From positions 64,001 through 107,025 of the IMG/VR virus record IMGVR_UViG_2700989413_000006: a stretch of 43,025 nucleotides of DNA; one strand, given 5' to 3'. A program made the translations under genes and the position numbers. The notes under the pieces are model-generated. The model worked only from the letters and a program-made list of their open reading frames with translations. It was not told the DNA's origin and did no database searches. Below are positions 19,201 through 27,498 of this stretch, piece by piece (position 1 is the stretch's first letter; each line of letters begins with the position of its first letter). Source of the DNA: a virus (Duplodnaviria > Heunggongvirae > Uroviricota > Caudoviricetes).

Positions 19201-21976
19201 CCAATAGGCGAAGTGCGCCCCCAGCAAATACCTTAACTGAACCCAAGTGGCCAGATAGCTTGCCTGCAAATCCTTTTACGCCTGCATTGGCGCGTTCTGC
19301 GGATTTTTCAGCTGTTGTGCCGAAGGATGTAAATTCAGATGCGGCTTTTCCGACAGTATCTTTGGTTGCGTTGATTGAGGTTTTGGCCGCCCCTGATGCC
19401 GTCCCTAAGTTTTTCATTGAAGAAACAATGTTCCCCAAAGATTTAGGCATCAACCCCAACACACCCAATAACATTCGAATAGGCGAGAGCGTTGCCATAA
19501 TAGTAACTTTGAGCAGGCCAAACCCTACCGTCATCAAAGAAAGCGTGGCTAGAGTTGGATTGTCCTTACCAAATTCACTGAATGAGCGAATGATGCTTGC
19601 AAAGAACTTAGGAACTTCGGCTAACTTAGCAAGAAGAGGCTCAAAGGTGACAGCAAAATCAGCCAAAGAAGCTTTTAGAATGTCCATGTTGGCATTCCAG
19701 TTCTCGGTTAGATTTTGCATCGCCTCAAGTTCGCCTTGAGATCCCATTGCTGTTTCAGCTGCGTGGTTTGAACGCTCCACAAAACTGCGGTTCATGGTCA
19801 ACAACATACCGTCAATGGTTTTGTTGGACATGCCCGACTGTGCAAAGAAACGCTTAAATGCTGCGTTTTCAATGTCATCTTGTGTGCGCTGATCTACCAG
19901 CTGACCATTTGCACCGATCATTCGCCCTTCGGCGTTGTAGCTATGCTTAGGCGTATTTGCACCAAAGAACTTCTTGAACTGTGCGTCTTGCATCATGTAA
20001 TCGAGCAATTGACCACGCAATCCAGCAAAGAACTTGATAGGGTCCTTCGACATTTCCTTGACGTCTTTGAAGCCAGCTGTTTTCACAGCTTTCATCATTG
20101 CGCCTTGAATTTCTCGCGAGTTCTGGAATTGTTGCGACGTACCATCGGCGAATGCGTCGTTCATAACGTCCGCACCAAGCAAATTGAGAGCCGCCGTGTT
20201 GGTTATTGGCTTGCCTGATGCATAAAGGCTCATCATTTTAAAGATGGTACCAACTGAGGAAACGCCACCACCGCCACCGTTTCCGCCGCCAGCTGTCTTA
20301 AACTGCTCCATTACTGCGGCGAGTCTAATCCACCCTTCAGAAGACATGGTTTGGCGCAAATCACCAATATTACGGGCCACCGTCTCAATGTCGGCCATCT
20401 TGATTTTGCCGCCTGAAGCAACGGCCATTCTGCGGGCAATATCAAATGACTTATTGACTTCGTTAGGGTCATCCATCACCTGCCTTGCTTCGGCAAAACC
20501 ATATAGATTTTTTACGACGTCTGAATGTGTGCCGTTTTCATAACCCAAAGAACGCAAAAGATATGCATTTCGAGAAGCGCTCGATATGGTTTTGTCGATC
20601 GTTGGCTCTTTGTTGTAGCCAATTGCCGTCAGAGCATCGAGACGGGTTTGCATTGCTGCGGTTCTGGATAAGTATTTTTCAGTACTTGCCAAATCCCATG
20701 ACTTCTCCTTGAAGCGATTAAACTCTTCAGGAGATAAGTTAAGCATGCGAACGCGATCTTCGACATCTTGATAACTCGCCGCTTCATGTACACCCGCAAC
20801 GGTTGCCGCGCCAGCTCCAACAGCAGTTACCGCTGCGGCCGCTTCGGCATTCGCGCGGTTGATTTCAGCAGCTTCGCGGCGTCGACGCGCTAGTTCCGCT
20901 TGGTGGTTACGCTCCTTTAAGCGTTCAAGCCGATTTAAATCGCGCTCTTCTGCTTTGATCTTTAATTCAGCCGCTCTTTGTTCCTGTTTGGAGTTGGCGA
21001 TCTGTTGTTTTGATTCACGATCTTTAAGGGCGGCCAATCCACGTTCGGCCTTTTCGACGTCCTTAATAGCACGAATGCGTTCGCGCTCTGTATCATTGCG
21101 TTTTTTGGCTAAGTCATTTTGTTCTTTTAAAACATCACGCTCTTGGCGTTCCAGACGCAAGCCATCATCAGTGATTTTGATTGCGTTTTTAAGCTCTTTG
21201 TTCCGCTCCCGCAACATGGAAACAGACTGTTCAATTGCGAGCTTGGTTTGGCGAAGGGTTGTTAATTGCTCTTCCGCAGCGTTTGCTTTGCCGGAATGGT
21301 TTTTATATGCCGCTAAACCGCGCTCAGTTGTCGCTGTGGCGAATTTATTAGCTTGGCTAGTGGCATTGCGCTTAACAGTCTCTAACTTGCGCTCTAGGGC
21401 TTCGTATTGCTTATAAAGCTGCTCGCGAGATTTTAAGGACTGTTGGTTTGCCTGCTCTTCCTCAGCGAGAATGCGGCGACGCTCAAGCCAACGTGTTTTT
21501 TCCTTTTCCGCCCCTTCGCCAGCATGTTTGATGCGAGACTTGCCTAGTCGCTCTTCGGTTTTACGAACGCGATCAAGTACGGGGTTTAGACCATCAATGG
21601 TATTGCCGTAATGGTCGGTGAGTTCTTTAAGGGAAGTGATGGCGCTTTTTTGCTGAGTAGCCGCACCTGTCAGCTTTTCAAGCTTGCGCGAAAGCAAGTC
21701 GACGTTCTTGGTAGTTTCGCCAACTTTCTTTTGAGCATCAGTAAATGTTTTGCTTGTGGTGCCTAGTGTTTTTTCAGCATCGCTAAAACGACGATTAAGC
21801 TCGACCATCCCCTGCTTTGTATCAGCAAGTTTTGAATCGAGCTTAGTTGACTGTTTACCGAGGTTGTCTAATTCCTTCTCAAGCGCGATTGCCTTTTTGG
21901 TGGCTTGCTCAATTGCGGAATCAAATTGCGATGCATCTAACGTGAGGCTGTTTTTAACTTCGCCGCCGCCGATCAT
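16232..21976 (-). CDS. Tape measure protein (1914 aa)
   Basis: Long helical/coiled-coil protein with central hydrophobic segments, Gly-rich periodic-Phe repeats, FANGGAF repeats and the C-terminal MGEAGPEAVMPL motif; follows the G/GT chaperones. Confidence 0.93.
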   Translation of the reverse strand: MIGGGEVKNSLTLDASQFDSAIEQATKKAIALEKELDNLGKQSTKLDSKLADTKQGMVELNRRFSDAEKTLGTTSKTFTDAQKKVGETTKNVDLLSRKLEKLTGAATQQKSAITSLKELTDHYGNTIDGLNPVLDRVRKTEERLGKSRIKHAGEGAEKEKTRWLERRRILAEEEQANQQSLKSREQLYKQYEALERKLETVKRNATSQANKFATATTERGLAAYKNHSGKANAAEEQLTTLRQTKLAIEQSVSMLRERNKELKNAIKITDDGLRLERQERDVLKEQNDLAKKRNDTERERIRAIKDVEKAERGLAALKDRESKQQIANSKQEQRAAELKIKAEERDLNRLERLKERNHQAELARRRREAAEINRANAEAAAAVTAVGAGAATVAGVHEAASYQDVEDRVRMLNLSPEEFNRFKEKSWDLASTEKYLSRTAAMQTRLDALTAIGYNKEPTIDKTISSASRNAYLLRSLGYENGTHSDVVKNLYGFAEARQVMDDPNEVNKSFDIARRMAVASGGKIKMADIETVARNIGDLRQTMSSEGWIRLAAVMEQFKTAGGGNGGGGGVSSVGTIFKMMSLYASGKPITNTAALNLLGADVMNDAFADGTSQQFQNSREIQGAMMKAVKTAGFKDVKEMSKDPIKFFAGLRGQLLDYMMQDAQFKKFFGANTPKHSYNAEGRMIGANGQLVDQRTQDDIENAAFKRFFAQSGMSNKTIDGMLLTMNRSFVERSNHAAETAMGSQGELEAMQNLTENWNANMDILKASLADFAVTFEPLLAKLAEVPKFFASIIRSFSEFGKDNPTLATLSLMTVGFGLLKVTIMATLSPIRMLLGVLGLMPKSLGNIVSSMKNLGTASGAAKTSINATKDTVGKAASEFTSFGTTAEKSAERANAGVKGFAGKLSGHLGSVKVFAGGALRLLGSVVNWAGWLILAGQFGWAIGKWIGSLKVGGTEINTHIQNIVNDIVSNWDLMINSLKGAWLSFKEFFTGEQLQARAEIQETRRQIKEQQERLHVVTEGEKQEKVNNISTEVTKRYANLLKGAKVGDTVKGVKVTDSVKNWANAYEYSQSGARYGHTDVKAPRMPYEVKVQYDKAMGHVKKNYGLTSDEQKKTSATTDKDNHTSATPAGFMPGTGNHDISSPTLATKPKKDRGSGGSTRDFESKVMGVNEGLLAKIAELNVLDDSVLEKGAPDYYKLAKLSFIKEWMQGNFDDGRNPKNRPFANRSYQKGRVWKQEDIDWNAVDPKTGISVEQILKNMAQVRQLEDMHKSVQFAVSKSANANENFKDSLEDATNDIDNQSDALAALRREFARFEAKNPFAYGDPNYVSNKNASIAMQTASDYLGYAKKAKNSNSEDSSVFVDNEYARNQQAVNKKYDDLIKPYKLIQSQLDEQIASLDAVQQRTQEQEDLYAKLLQTRKDFEEEFSEFYRIQEEKRRRELMSTYDQAMIKWRDYETTYRQTISDLGVEMSDGIFNKFLKGDDVSLSGILSESASKISQGAFRYVWQDMSKRALGDGANTDLYSMGKSLLKGEAVDESGFVGKWLNKIRGLTGVASSDSSADSAEASNTIAVNANTAAIQNLTAALRGQSISSVIGGVASSVGGEDLTTFASAVLGPENVGAIDYVNGSGGFLDHLAGGFEGGAGMDPNLPSFLNGGLMDKSVGGSLEGAEGGVLGGLFAQIKSGFMDIFGQGAGGGIFSTIKSGFSNLFSNGSGLMSSIGSAFSSLFGGGAGGGGIFSSLASAISGLFSGGGGAGGGMGGAGGWIGAAASIASSFFANGGAFGAGTHAFANGGAFTNGIYDSPTYFKFAKGGGFANGVMGEAGPEAVMPLQRDSSGRLGVALNGGAPVGEGTVVSINIEVNNNGDTTTESSKGGDNESNWKDLSNRVKSLVQEEIVKQKRPGGMLRSTNQ

Positions 21977-21992
21977 GTGTGTTTAACCATCC

Positions 21993-22337
21993 TTATGTCA
22001 TATTTCGGAGCGCTTCGAATCCAGCTTCGTCTCTTTCGGTGTTTAAAATTGGGTTGTTATCTCCCTTGATTACTTCGCCAACTTCCTTTCTAAGAGACTC
22101 CATTAGGTTCTCAATGCCCTCTTGAGTTGCGCCCATGCTTCCTGCCAGCGCAATTTTTAAGTGTCGGAGATCTCTTTGAGCCTCGATCCGTTCAACACTG
22201 TTGCTAAGCAACCAAAATGTTTTGATTGGCATAGCGAGTAGAGATTGATAGGTTTCTGAGTAAAAATGCATTACGCGACAAAACAGGAATCCAAAATCTA
22301 AAGATTCAAGCTTTGGCGCAGAGGCACTTACTTTCCC
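21993..22337 (-). CDS. T segment of the G-T tail assembly chaperone (read via -1 frameshift)
   Basis: The -1 frame is open from the slippery site: GKVSASAPKLESLDFGFLFCRVMHFYSETYQ..., continuous with track ORF 21993..22271. Confidence 0.85.
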   Translation of the reverse strand, partial: GKVSASAPKLESLDFGFLFCRVMHFYSETYQSLLAMPIKTFWLLSNSVERIEAQRDLRHLKIALAGSMGATQEGIENLMESLRKEVGEVIKGDNNPILNTERDEAGFEALRNMT

Positions 22338-22651
22338 TCTTTGTCTGCCGCCTCATCAGCCTCTTCAGAGTCATTGTCTTGTCCGCTAACAAACGCAACA
22401 ATTGCTTGAAGTTGAGGAAGTTGAAGCTTTTCGATTTCCTCAACAGGAACGTCTGGAAGGGCAGAGCTAACAACTTTGATGGCAAATTCAAGTTCACGAA
22501 GAGGGTCACGCGAAGCTGCAATTTCACGAGCATCTTTGACGAATTGAGTAAATTCCCCAACGCTCATGATTTTGAGTTCATGTTTTTTGCCAGCGATTTC
22601 GATAAATCGATCACTTTTAACTGAGATGTTTTCAATGTTTAATAATTTCAT
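22328..22651 (-). CDS. Tail assembly chaperone, gpG-like
   Basis: 107-aa acidic protein between the tube and tape measure genes, ending ...GAC AAA GAG GGA AAG TAA. Confidence 0.85.
   Translation of the reverse strand: MKLLNIENISVKSDRFIEIAGKKHELKIMSVGEFTQFVKDAREIAASRDPLRELEFAIKVVSSALPDVPVEEIEKLQLPQLQAIVAFVSGQDNDSEEADEAADKEGK
22331..22337 (-). other. Programmed -1 ribosomal frameshift slippery site G GGA AAG
   Basis: Identical heptamer to the lambda G-T site, in the correct frame immediately before the G stop codon. Confidence 0.9.
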
Positions 22652-22675
22652 TTTTGCGCGTCTCGAATCTGAGAA

Positions 22676-22696
22676 AGCCCTGCGAATGACAGGGCT
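22676..22696 (-). terminator. Hairpin / probable terminator after the tail tube gene
   Basis: AGCCCTG-7nt-CAGGGCT followed by TTTCTC on the minus strand. Confidence 0.55.
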
Positions 22697-22713
22697 GTTA
22701 GGAGGTTGTTAAA

Positions 22714-22731
22714 TCAGTCAGTAATGACTGA
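22714..22731. promoter_or_regulatory. 18-bp palindromic box (TCAGTCA-GTAA-TGACTGA)
   Basis: Perfect half-sites; intergenic after the tail tube gene. Confidence 0.75.
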
Positions 22732-22739
22732 TTTATAAA

Positions 22740-23267
22740 TTAAGCCTTACCAGCTGCCGGATCACCAATAGAGAACAGTTTGCCGTTCTCGTCTGGATAC
22801 GCGTTGAACTCAGTGTTAAACAAACGCTCATCTTCCAGCTTGTAGCCGAAATCCAATGCGCCAGCAGTTGCCGCACGTTTAACAACAAAGTCGTCAGATT
22901 TGTCGGTATCAGGCTTGCCAATTGGGTGCAATACCAATTCTTTTGCGAAGTCGAGCAAGTTGATACCAACGCCAGTAGGAACATCTACGCGTTTTTTAGC
23001 AGGGGTTTGAGCGTCAGTAACCAAAGTGGCACCAGGCATGATTTTTACCAAGTTTTCCAAAGTGGTTTCTGCGAGAGGGGCTTTTACAACTACGGTACGA
23101 CCGAGAATGTATTCATTGATTGGTGTTTGGCCAAACTGGTCAACTTGAACCTTGTGGGTTTCAGTTGAGACAGTTACGTCAACGCCGCCTTTTGTAAAAC
23201 CTAAGTCCACTCCATCGAACATGATTTTACAAACACCAAGCTTGACGTTTTTAACATCGCTTGCCAT
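22740..23267 (-). CDS. Major tail tube protein
   Basis: Start MASDVKNVKLGVCKIMFDGVDLGFTKGGV (AAGGAG RBS); beta-rich tube-type motifs; position upstream of the chaperones. Confidence 0.85.
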   Translation of the reverse strand: MASDVKNVKLGVCKIMFDGVDLGFTKGGVDVTVSTETHKVQVDQFGQTPINEYILGRTVVVKAPLAETTLENLVKIMPGATLVTDAQTPAKKRVDVPTGVGINLLDFAKELVLHPIGKPDTDKSDDFVVKRAATAGALDFGYKLEDERLFNTEFNAYPDENGKLFSIGDPAAGKA

Positions 23268-23292
23268 TGTCATCTCCTTTGCAAAGGCATAT

Positions 23293-23310
23293 TCAGTCAT
23301 CCATGACTGA
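23293..23310. promoter_or_regulatory. 18-bp palindromic box (TCAGTCA-TCCA-TGACTGA)
   Basis: Perfect half-sites upstream of the tail tube gene. Confidence 0.75.
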
Positions 23311-23336
23311 TTTTTGGCAATCTATCATAGAGGGGG

Positions 23337-23837
23337 TTATTTGTCCAGTTTCTTGATTTCTCTAAGAACTTGTGCGCGAATATCCTTCTGAATCTCTTTG
23401 GCGTGGTACATGAGCGCTCTATCCATGAAGCGCCCGCCGGCATGAACTCCATTTGCTAATCCCGCCGCCACTGATCGTTCCGAAGGCATGATTGACATGC
23501 GCACATTTCCCCAGCCCATGTGTTCGTGTATTAACCAAGCATATTCCCCCACAAAAGCTTCTTTTTTACCGCCGCTTGTAGGTTGGGACATGTTGACATA
23601 CACCTCCCATCTGGATTGCCCTCGACTAAATTGCCCCAATTTATTTGTACCACCGCCAATTCGACGCACCTTAATTGAACGTCGAAGGTCGCCCTCGTCA
23701 ATTGGTGTCATATTGATGGCGGTTTCTTTTACCTTGTAGGCACAGTCACGCAAGGTTGTTGCAGCTACTTTTTCGGGCACTTCTGAAAGAGCTTCCAGTC
23801 TTGCTCGCAGTCTTCCAAAATTTCCCTTTTTGAACAT
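23337..23837 (-). CDS. Tail completion / neck protein, HK97 gp10-like
   Basis: TPIDEGDLRRSI, YAWLIHE and GRFMDRAL motifs. Confidence 0.8.
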   Translation of the reverse strand: MFKKGNFGRLRARLEALSEVPEKVAATTLRDCAYKVKETAINMTPIDEGDLRRSIKVRRIGGGTNKLGQFSRGQSRWEVYVNMSQPTSGGKKEAFVGEYAWLIHEHMGWGNVRMSIMPSERSVAAGLANGVHAGGRFMDRALMYHAKEIQKDIRAQVLREIKKLDK

Positions 23838-24227
23838 TTACTCTCCTTTAATTTCATAGCCACAAACGCTGTATTCTGCGGCGAGTTCAATTAAGTTCCC
23901 CGCAGACATTGGGTATGCGTTAGGTCGTGTTTTTGGTCGACAATAGTTGAAGTGGAAGTCTCCGACAGTTGTGTCATTGAGTGTGAGAACTTCACTCACC
24001 CTTTGCATCCTTTGCTCAGCCAGATCAAAGGAAGTATCTCGGACAATGACTACGAATCCTGTTTTGAAATATCCGGGAAGCTCGTAATCGATTTCCGTTC
24101 CGGGTAAATCATTTCTCAACAACACGCCTTTTGGGGCGGAAATTGGAATCATGTTGACAAAGATGGTCTGCCCCGTAATGCCAACCTGTTTAGTCTGAAG
24201 CAGCTTAGCTAGTGGTAGTAGATTCAT
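23838..24227 (-). CDS. Tail terminator-like protein
   Basis: Start refined to MNLLPLAKLL (GGAG RBS); IFVNMIP, F.VIVR, E.AEQR motifs; position in the neck cluster. Confidence 0.65.
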   Translation of the reverse strand: MNLLPLAKLLQTKQVGITGQTIFVNMIPISAPKGVLLRNDLPGTEIDYELPGYFKTGFVVIVRDTSFDLAEQRMQRVSEVLTLNDTTVGDFHFNYCRPKTRPNAYPMSAGNLIELAAEYSVCGYEIKGE

Positions 24228-24570
24228 TGTCGCTCCAATAACTGCAACCAACTTCAAAATGGTCTAGGCGACCACTGATTGCAAAACGTGGCTCTTTTGA
24301 AACAACGCGAAAATCATGGCTATGTAACTCAATTACACTGTCAATGTCCGCAGTTGTGTTGGGGCTCATCAAGAAGATTGCATCCGCTTGTTGCTCCCGT
24401 GCATTTCCTCGTGTTGCGGAAGAGTCGGCTCGCACAGAAGACTTTTCATTCTTGATGACGTAGCGAACGATTGCGCATTTTTCCCTTTTGCGCTTTCCCT
24501 CTTGTGGTTGGCCATAAACGCTGTAACCAGCAATCGAACGAACCACGCAAGTTTGATTAGGTCTGAACAT
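24205..24570 (-). CDS. Head closure / head-tail stopper-like protein
   Basis: Small beta-rich protein ending G.LDHFEV, in the neck cluster. Confidence 0.6.
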   Translation of the reverse strand: MFRPNQTCVVRSIAGYSVYGQPQEGKRKREKCAIVRYVIKNEKSSVRADSSATRGNAREQQADAIFLMSPNTTADIDSVIELHSHDFRVVSKEPRFAISGRLDHFEVGCSYWSDNESTTTS

Positions 24571-25033
24571 TTCCCTCCCCTGAAAAATGATGAGTCATGA
24601 TTTCCTCAACTAGCCGAGATGGGTCGCTCCACCCACGCCCATGCTTGTCGATCACGCGCAAGTCCAGTTGGCGCATTTTTCGCTGAATTAATTGCCCCTG
24701 TGCGCCATGCACATTCGAACCAAGCAGCTGAGCCGCCTTGTTTGAGTAGCCACCTGCAATTGATGCGTTTGCTTGACGAATTAATTGTGTGGTGACGTTG
24801 ATAATTTTCGCCCGTGTCTCTTTGGACATAGGGTGTGAAGGATTAAGCAACTCCCCTACCGCACTAAGATATGTATATGAGGCGATCTGAACATTGATCT
24901 TCGCTCTTTCAATGTCTTGAGGGGTGGGCTTGGACTTATTGCCGCGAACAGTGAAGAAGGCGCCATTTAGCGCCATAACGAAAGTTTTGGTTAGCGCTCC
25001 TGCCTGAGCGATGTCAATGTCGTGTTTATTCAT
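24557..25033 (-). CDS. Hypothetical virion protein, weakly minor-capsid (SPP1 gp7-like)
   Basis: DKHGRGW motif resembling the D.xGRxW motif of minor head proteins; shorter than expected. Confidence 0.4.
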   Translation of the reverse strand: MNKHDIDIAQAGALTKTFVMALNGAFFTVRGNKSKPTPQDIERAKINVQIASYTYLSAVGELLNPSHPMSKETRAKIINVTTQLIRQANASIAGGYSNKAAQLLGSNVHGAQGQLIQRKMRQLDLRVIDKHGRGWSDPSRLVEEIMTHHFSGEGNVQT

Positions 25034-25806
25034 TAAGCCCGTCCAATTCGCTTATTTGTCGAAATGAACCCACTCAAATAACGCATGGTCAATTTAGAGA
25101 CTACTAAATCTAATGGCATGCCTTTTTGATAGGTTTCATGAGTTTCGCCAATTGTTTGTGAGAGCAATCCTTGCTTCCGGCTCATCAATGTGGACTCTCC
25201 ACCGCCCAAGATTGCATCTGCTTCGGCTACTTGAGCCTTTTTGAGCGCATCGACAAATCGAGCGTCCAAAGCTGAAAAATCTTTCGGGGAAAGAAGGTCG
25301 AGGTTATCAACTAAAGTAAAACCTAATTTACAAATGCGCTCGTAGGCCTCAATTAATGCGCTAATCTTCGAATCGAGACTCGCTTCATTCCATGCGCTCA
25401 ATGCACTGATTGAAAGGGAGCTTAAAGTTGCCTGACTCATCGTTTGGAAGCTGTTAAGTCCGGCAATTAGAGGATCTCTCAATCGAATCGCATAAGCGAG
25501 GTTATGCGGTACGATGTTGCCGTCTTGTAGGGTTAGCTCAAATTCAACAACGCGCACTTCGCGAGTGCGAAAATTCAATTTGTTGTCAGTGGTGATGGCA
25601 TTAATGTCCAGAGCGGCAATGGTGTTGATTTCTGAAGGGATTGTCAGCTCGCCAAGTGTTGTGTCGAATGACCGCATTTGAAGTAACTCTTTGGAGTCTT
25701 GGTCAACAACACGGTACTTTGCTTCGGTGACGGCGAGAGGGTTGCCGTCACTGTCGCTGAAATCAACATTTAGCTTAACTGGTGTGCCAACTAAGTAAAT
25801 GTTCAT
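25033..25806 (-). CDS. Head-tail adaptor/connector with an N-terminal beta domain
   Basis: C-terminal KISALIEAYERI...LKKAQVAEA...SQTIGETHETY pattern of gp6/gp15-type adaptors. Confidence 0.6.
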   Translation of the reverse strand: MNIYLVGTPVKLNVDFSDSDGNPLAVTEAKYRVVDQDSKELLQMRSFDTTLGELTIPSEINTIAALDINAITTDNKLNFRTREVRVVEFELTLQDGNIVPHNLAYAIRLRDPLIAGLNSFQTMSQATLSSLSISALSAWNEASLDSKISALIEAYERICKLGFTLVDNLDLLSPKDFSALDARFVDALKKAQVAEADAILGGGESTLMSRKQGLLSQTIGETHETYQKGMPLDLVVSKLTMRYLSGFISTNKRIGRA

Positions 25807-26303
25807 TAGGCACCTGCAACTTCCAAGATGCGCTCAATCAACACCACAATCGAACCACCCTTTACGCCAACTTCGGTAGCTACAGCGCGAAGACCTGCTA
25901 ACCCACCTTCTTCTGCAATGGCTTCAAGTTCTTCACGGGTGTATTTTTTGCTTTCAGGTGTAGGGAGTTTGGCATCGGGGTCAGTTGTAGCGACAATGCC
26001 AAGTTGTGCCACTTTATTTAGATGCTCTTCAGCTTTGATTGCATCATCAATTTGAGCCTCAACCATGCGTTGATCGTATTCAGAAGCTTCCTGTGAGTTT
26101 AATGCGCTCGTATTTGCGTTGGACACCAACAATTCAGCCGGGTTGGTGGATTGTCCATTTTCCCACTCGGCGCCAATTGTGCTGCCAATGCGTACCGCAT
26201 GGACTGGCAATACATCCATAGCAGAAAGACCGTTTTCGAAATAAACGGCGCCCATATGCCCAGTGAAGTTTTCATAGCCCTTAGCTGTTAATCGTAGTTT
26301 CAT
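25806..26303 (-). CDS. Hypothetical protein after the capsid gene with a C-terminal HeH/Rho-N-like helical domain
   Basis: YTREELEAIAEEGGLAGLRAVATEVGVKGGSIVVLIERIL. Confidence 0.6.
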   Translation of the reverse strand: MKLRLTAKGYENFTGHMGAVYFENGLSAMDVLPVHAVRIGSTIGAEWENGQSTNPAELLVSNANTSALNSQEASEYDQRMVEAQIDDAIKAEEHLNKVAQLGIVATTDPDAKLPTPESKKYTREELEAIAEEGGLAGLRAVATEVGVKGGSIVVLIERILEVAGA

Positions 26304-26373
26304 CTGACTTCCTTGTCTTAGTAGATTTTTGAATGATAAGTTATTGGTGATCTTGCATCAATTGAAACACAAC

Positions 26374-26399
26374 AAAAAAGGGACTAAATAGTCCCTTTT
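26374..26399 (-). terminator. Intrinsic terminator after the major capsid gene
   Basis: AAAAGGGACT-aaat-AGTCCCTTTT; T6 tract on the minus strand. Confidence 0.85.
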
Positions 26400-26403
26400 A
26401 TTG

Positions 26404-26421
26404 TAAGTCAGTAGTGACTGA
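26404..26421. promoter_or_regulatory. 18-bp palindromic box (TAAGTCA-GTAG-TGACTGA)
   Basis: Between the capsid stop codon and its terminator. Confidence 0.72.
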
Positions 26422-26425
26422 TTTA

Positions 26426-27328
26426 TTAGATGTTGGTAACACCTTTTAAACGCGCTAAAGACTTAGTTGATTTCAAGACTAAACCAACATACCACTTCAA
26501 ACGGATACGGGTTGCGTCTTTGTTTTGTACAGTACCGATGTTTTCAACAACGATACCAGCAGGGCCACCGCCGTAGATGCCATGAAGGCCGTCTACTTCG
26601 TTTGCACGGATTGCGTAAATTGAACACGTTTTGGTATTAGTGCCCATCACTTCGTCAGCTGGTAAGAACTCGTTCATCACAATTGGCACACCGTTGTGTG
26701 TCAACATTGGACGACCAAAGTTTTCAACCATCTGCATAACAGCGTCAGTACCCGATGTTACACGGAGTAAGTTACGGTACGCGCGAATTGTACCGCGACG
26801 CATTACTAAACAGTCAGCTCCATGAGGAACCTTGTCGAGTAATTCATCTAACAACGCTAAAGTGATACCGCCACCATCTGGGCCGGCGCTAATTGTTTGC
26901 TCTTCAGTTACAAGTTTTGCGATACCGTCAAATTCTTTTGGATTAACAGAAGCATCACCAGTAGCTAAAGTTTTGTGGAATTTACGACCTACACCCTTCG
27001 CCTTTTGCGTCACTTGGATCGCCATTTGGTTGTTGGTGTCATCCATAGTGGAATCAAGGAATTTGTCAATGTCGACGTCGCCAGCCAAAATACGTAACTT
27101 GGCAGTGACTTCTTCGAACGTTGATGCAGACTCTTTGATTTCTTCGTTTGGATCTAAGAAATCAGCGTCAGCTAACGTTTTTTCACGGTTATAGACGTAT
27201 GCTTTCCCTTTCACGCCTACAAATGGAAGAAACGCAAACATTTCGTCCTTATCGATAATTTCCTCGACCACACCCGAAACGAGTTGGTTATTACTAAGCT
27301 TCGCAGCTTCTTCACGTAATAGTGGCAT
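26426..27328 (-). CDS. Major capsid protein (HK97 fold)
   Basis: 300 aa; LPFVGVKG...YNRE, GD.DIDKF, EFDGIAKL, LDELLDKV, RIRLKWYVG; follows the scaffold gene. Confidence 0.9.
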   Translation of the reverse strand: MPLLREEAAKLSNNQLVSGVVEEIIDKDEMFAFLPFVGVKGKAYVYNREKTLADADFLDPNEEIKESASTFEEVTAKLRILAGDVDIDKFLDSTMDDTNNQMAIQVTQKAKGVGRKFHKTLATGDASVNPKEFDGIAKLVTEEQTISAGPDGGGITLALLDELLDKVPHGADCLVMRRGTIRAYRNLLRVTSGTDAVMQMVENFGRPMLTHNGVPIVMNEFLPADEVMGTNTKTCSIYAIRANEVDGLHGIYGGGPAGIVVENIGTVQNKDATRIRLKWYVGLVLKSTKSLARLKGVTNI

Positions 27329-27430
27329 TTAACTACTCCATTAGTTAATTTGCTCAATGAGATTGTCGGATTTACTAACTCTCTCTAGCCACCGATTGAT
27401 CGAGAATCCTACTACAAAGGATTCAAAAGA

Positions 27431-27448
27431 TCAATCAGTAATGACTGA
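27431..27448. promoter_or_regulatory. 18-bp box (TCAATCA-GTAA-TGACTGA) overlapping a putative -35 of the capsid promoter
   Basis: Minus strand reads ...ctgaTTGATC-16nt-TAGGAT upstream of the capsid gene. Confidence 0.65.
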
Positions 27449-27462
27449 TTATTTTTGCTGAA

Positions 27463-27488
27463 ATGCCCGAACTGTAAGGTTCGGGCAT
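27463..27488 (-). terminator. 10-bp hairpin between scaffold and capsid genes (weak U-tract)
   Basis: ATGCCCGAAC-tgtaag-GTTCGGGCAT. Confidence 0.55.
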
Positions 27489-27498
27489 CATTTATGGG

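Noticed and set aside
3944-21986. Numerous shadow ORFs inside J and the tape measure (e.g. 13330..13791, 19041..19739, 20859..21416)
   Set aside because: Antisense or alternate-frame by-products of long, biased coding sequence, with no motifs or RBS.
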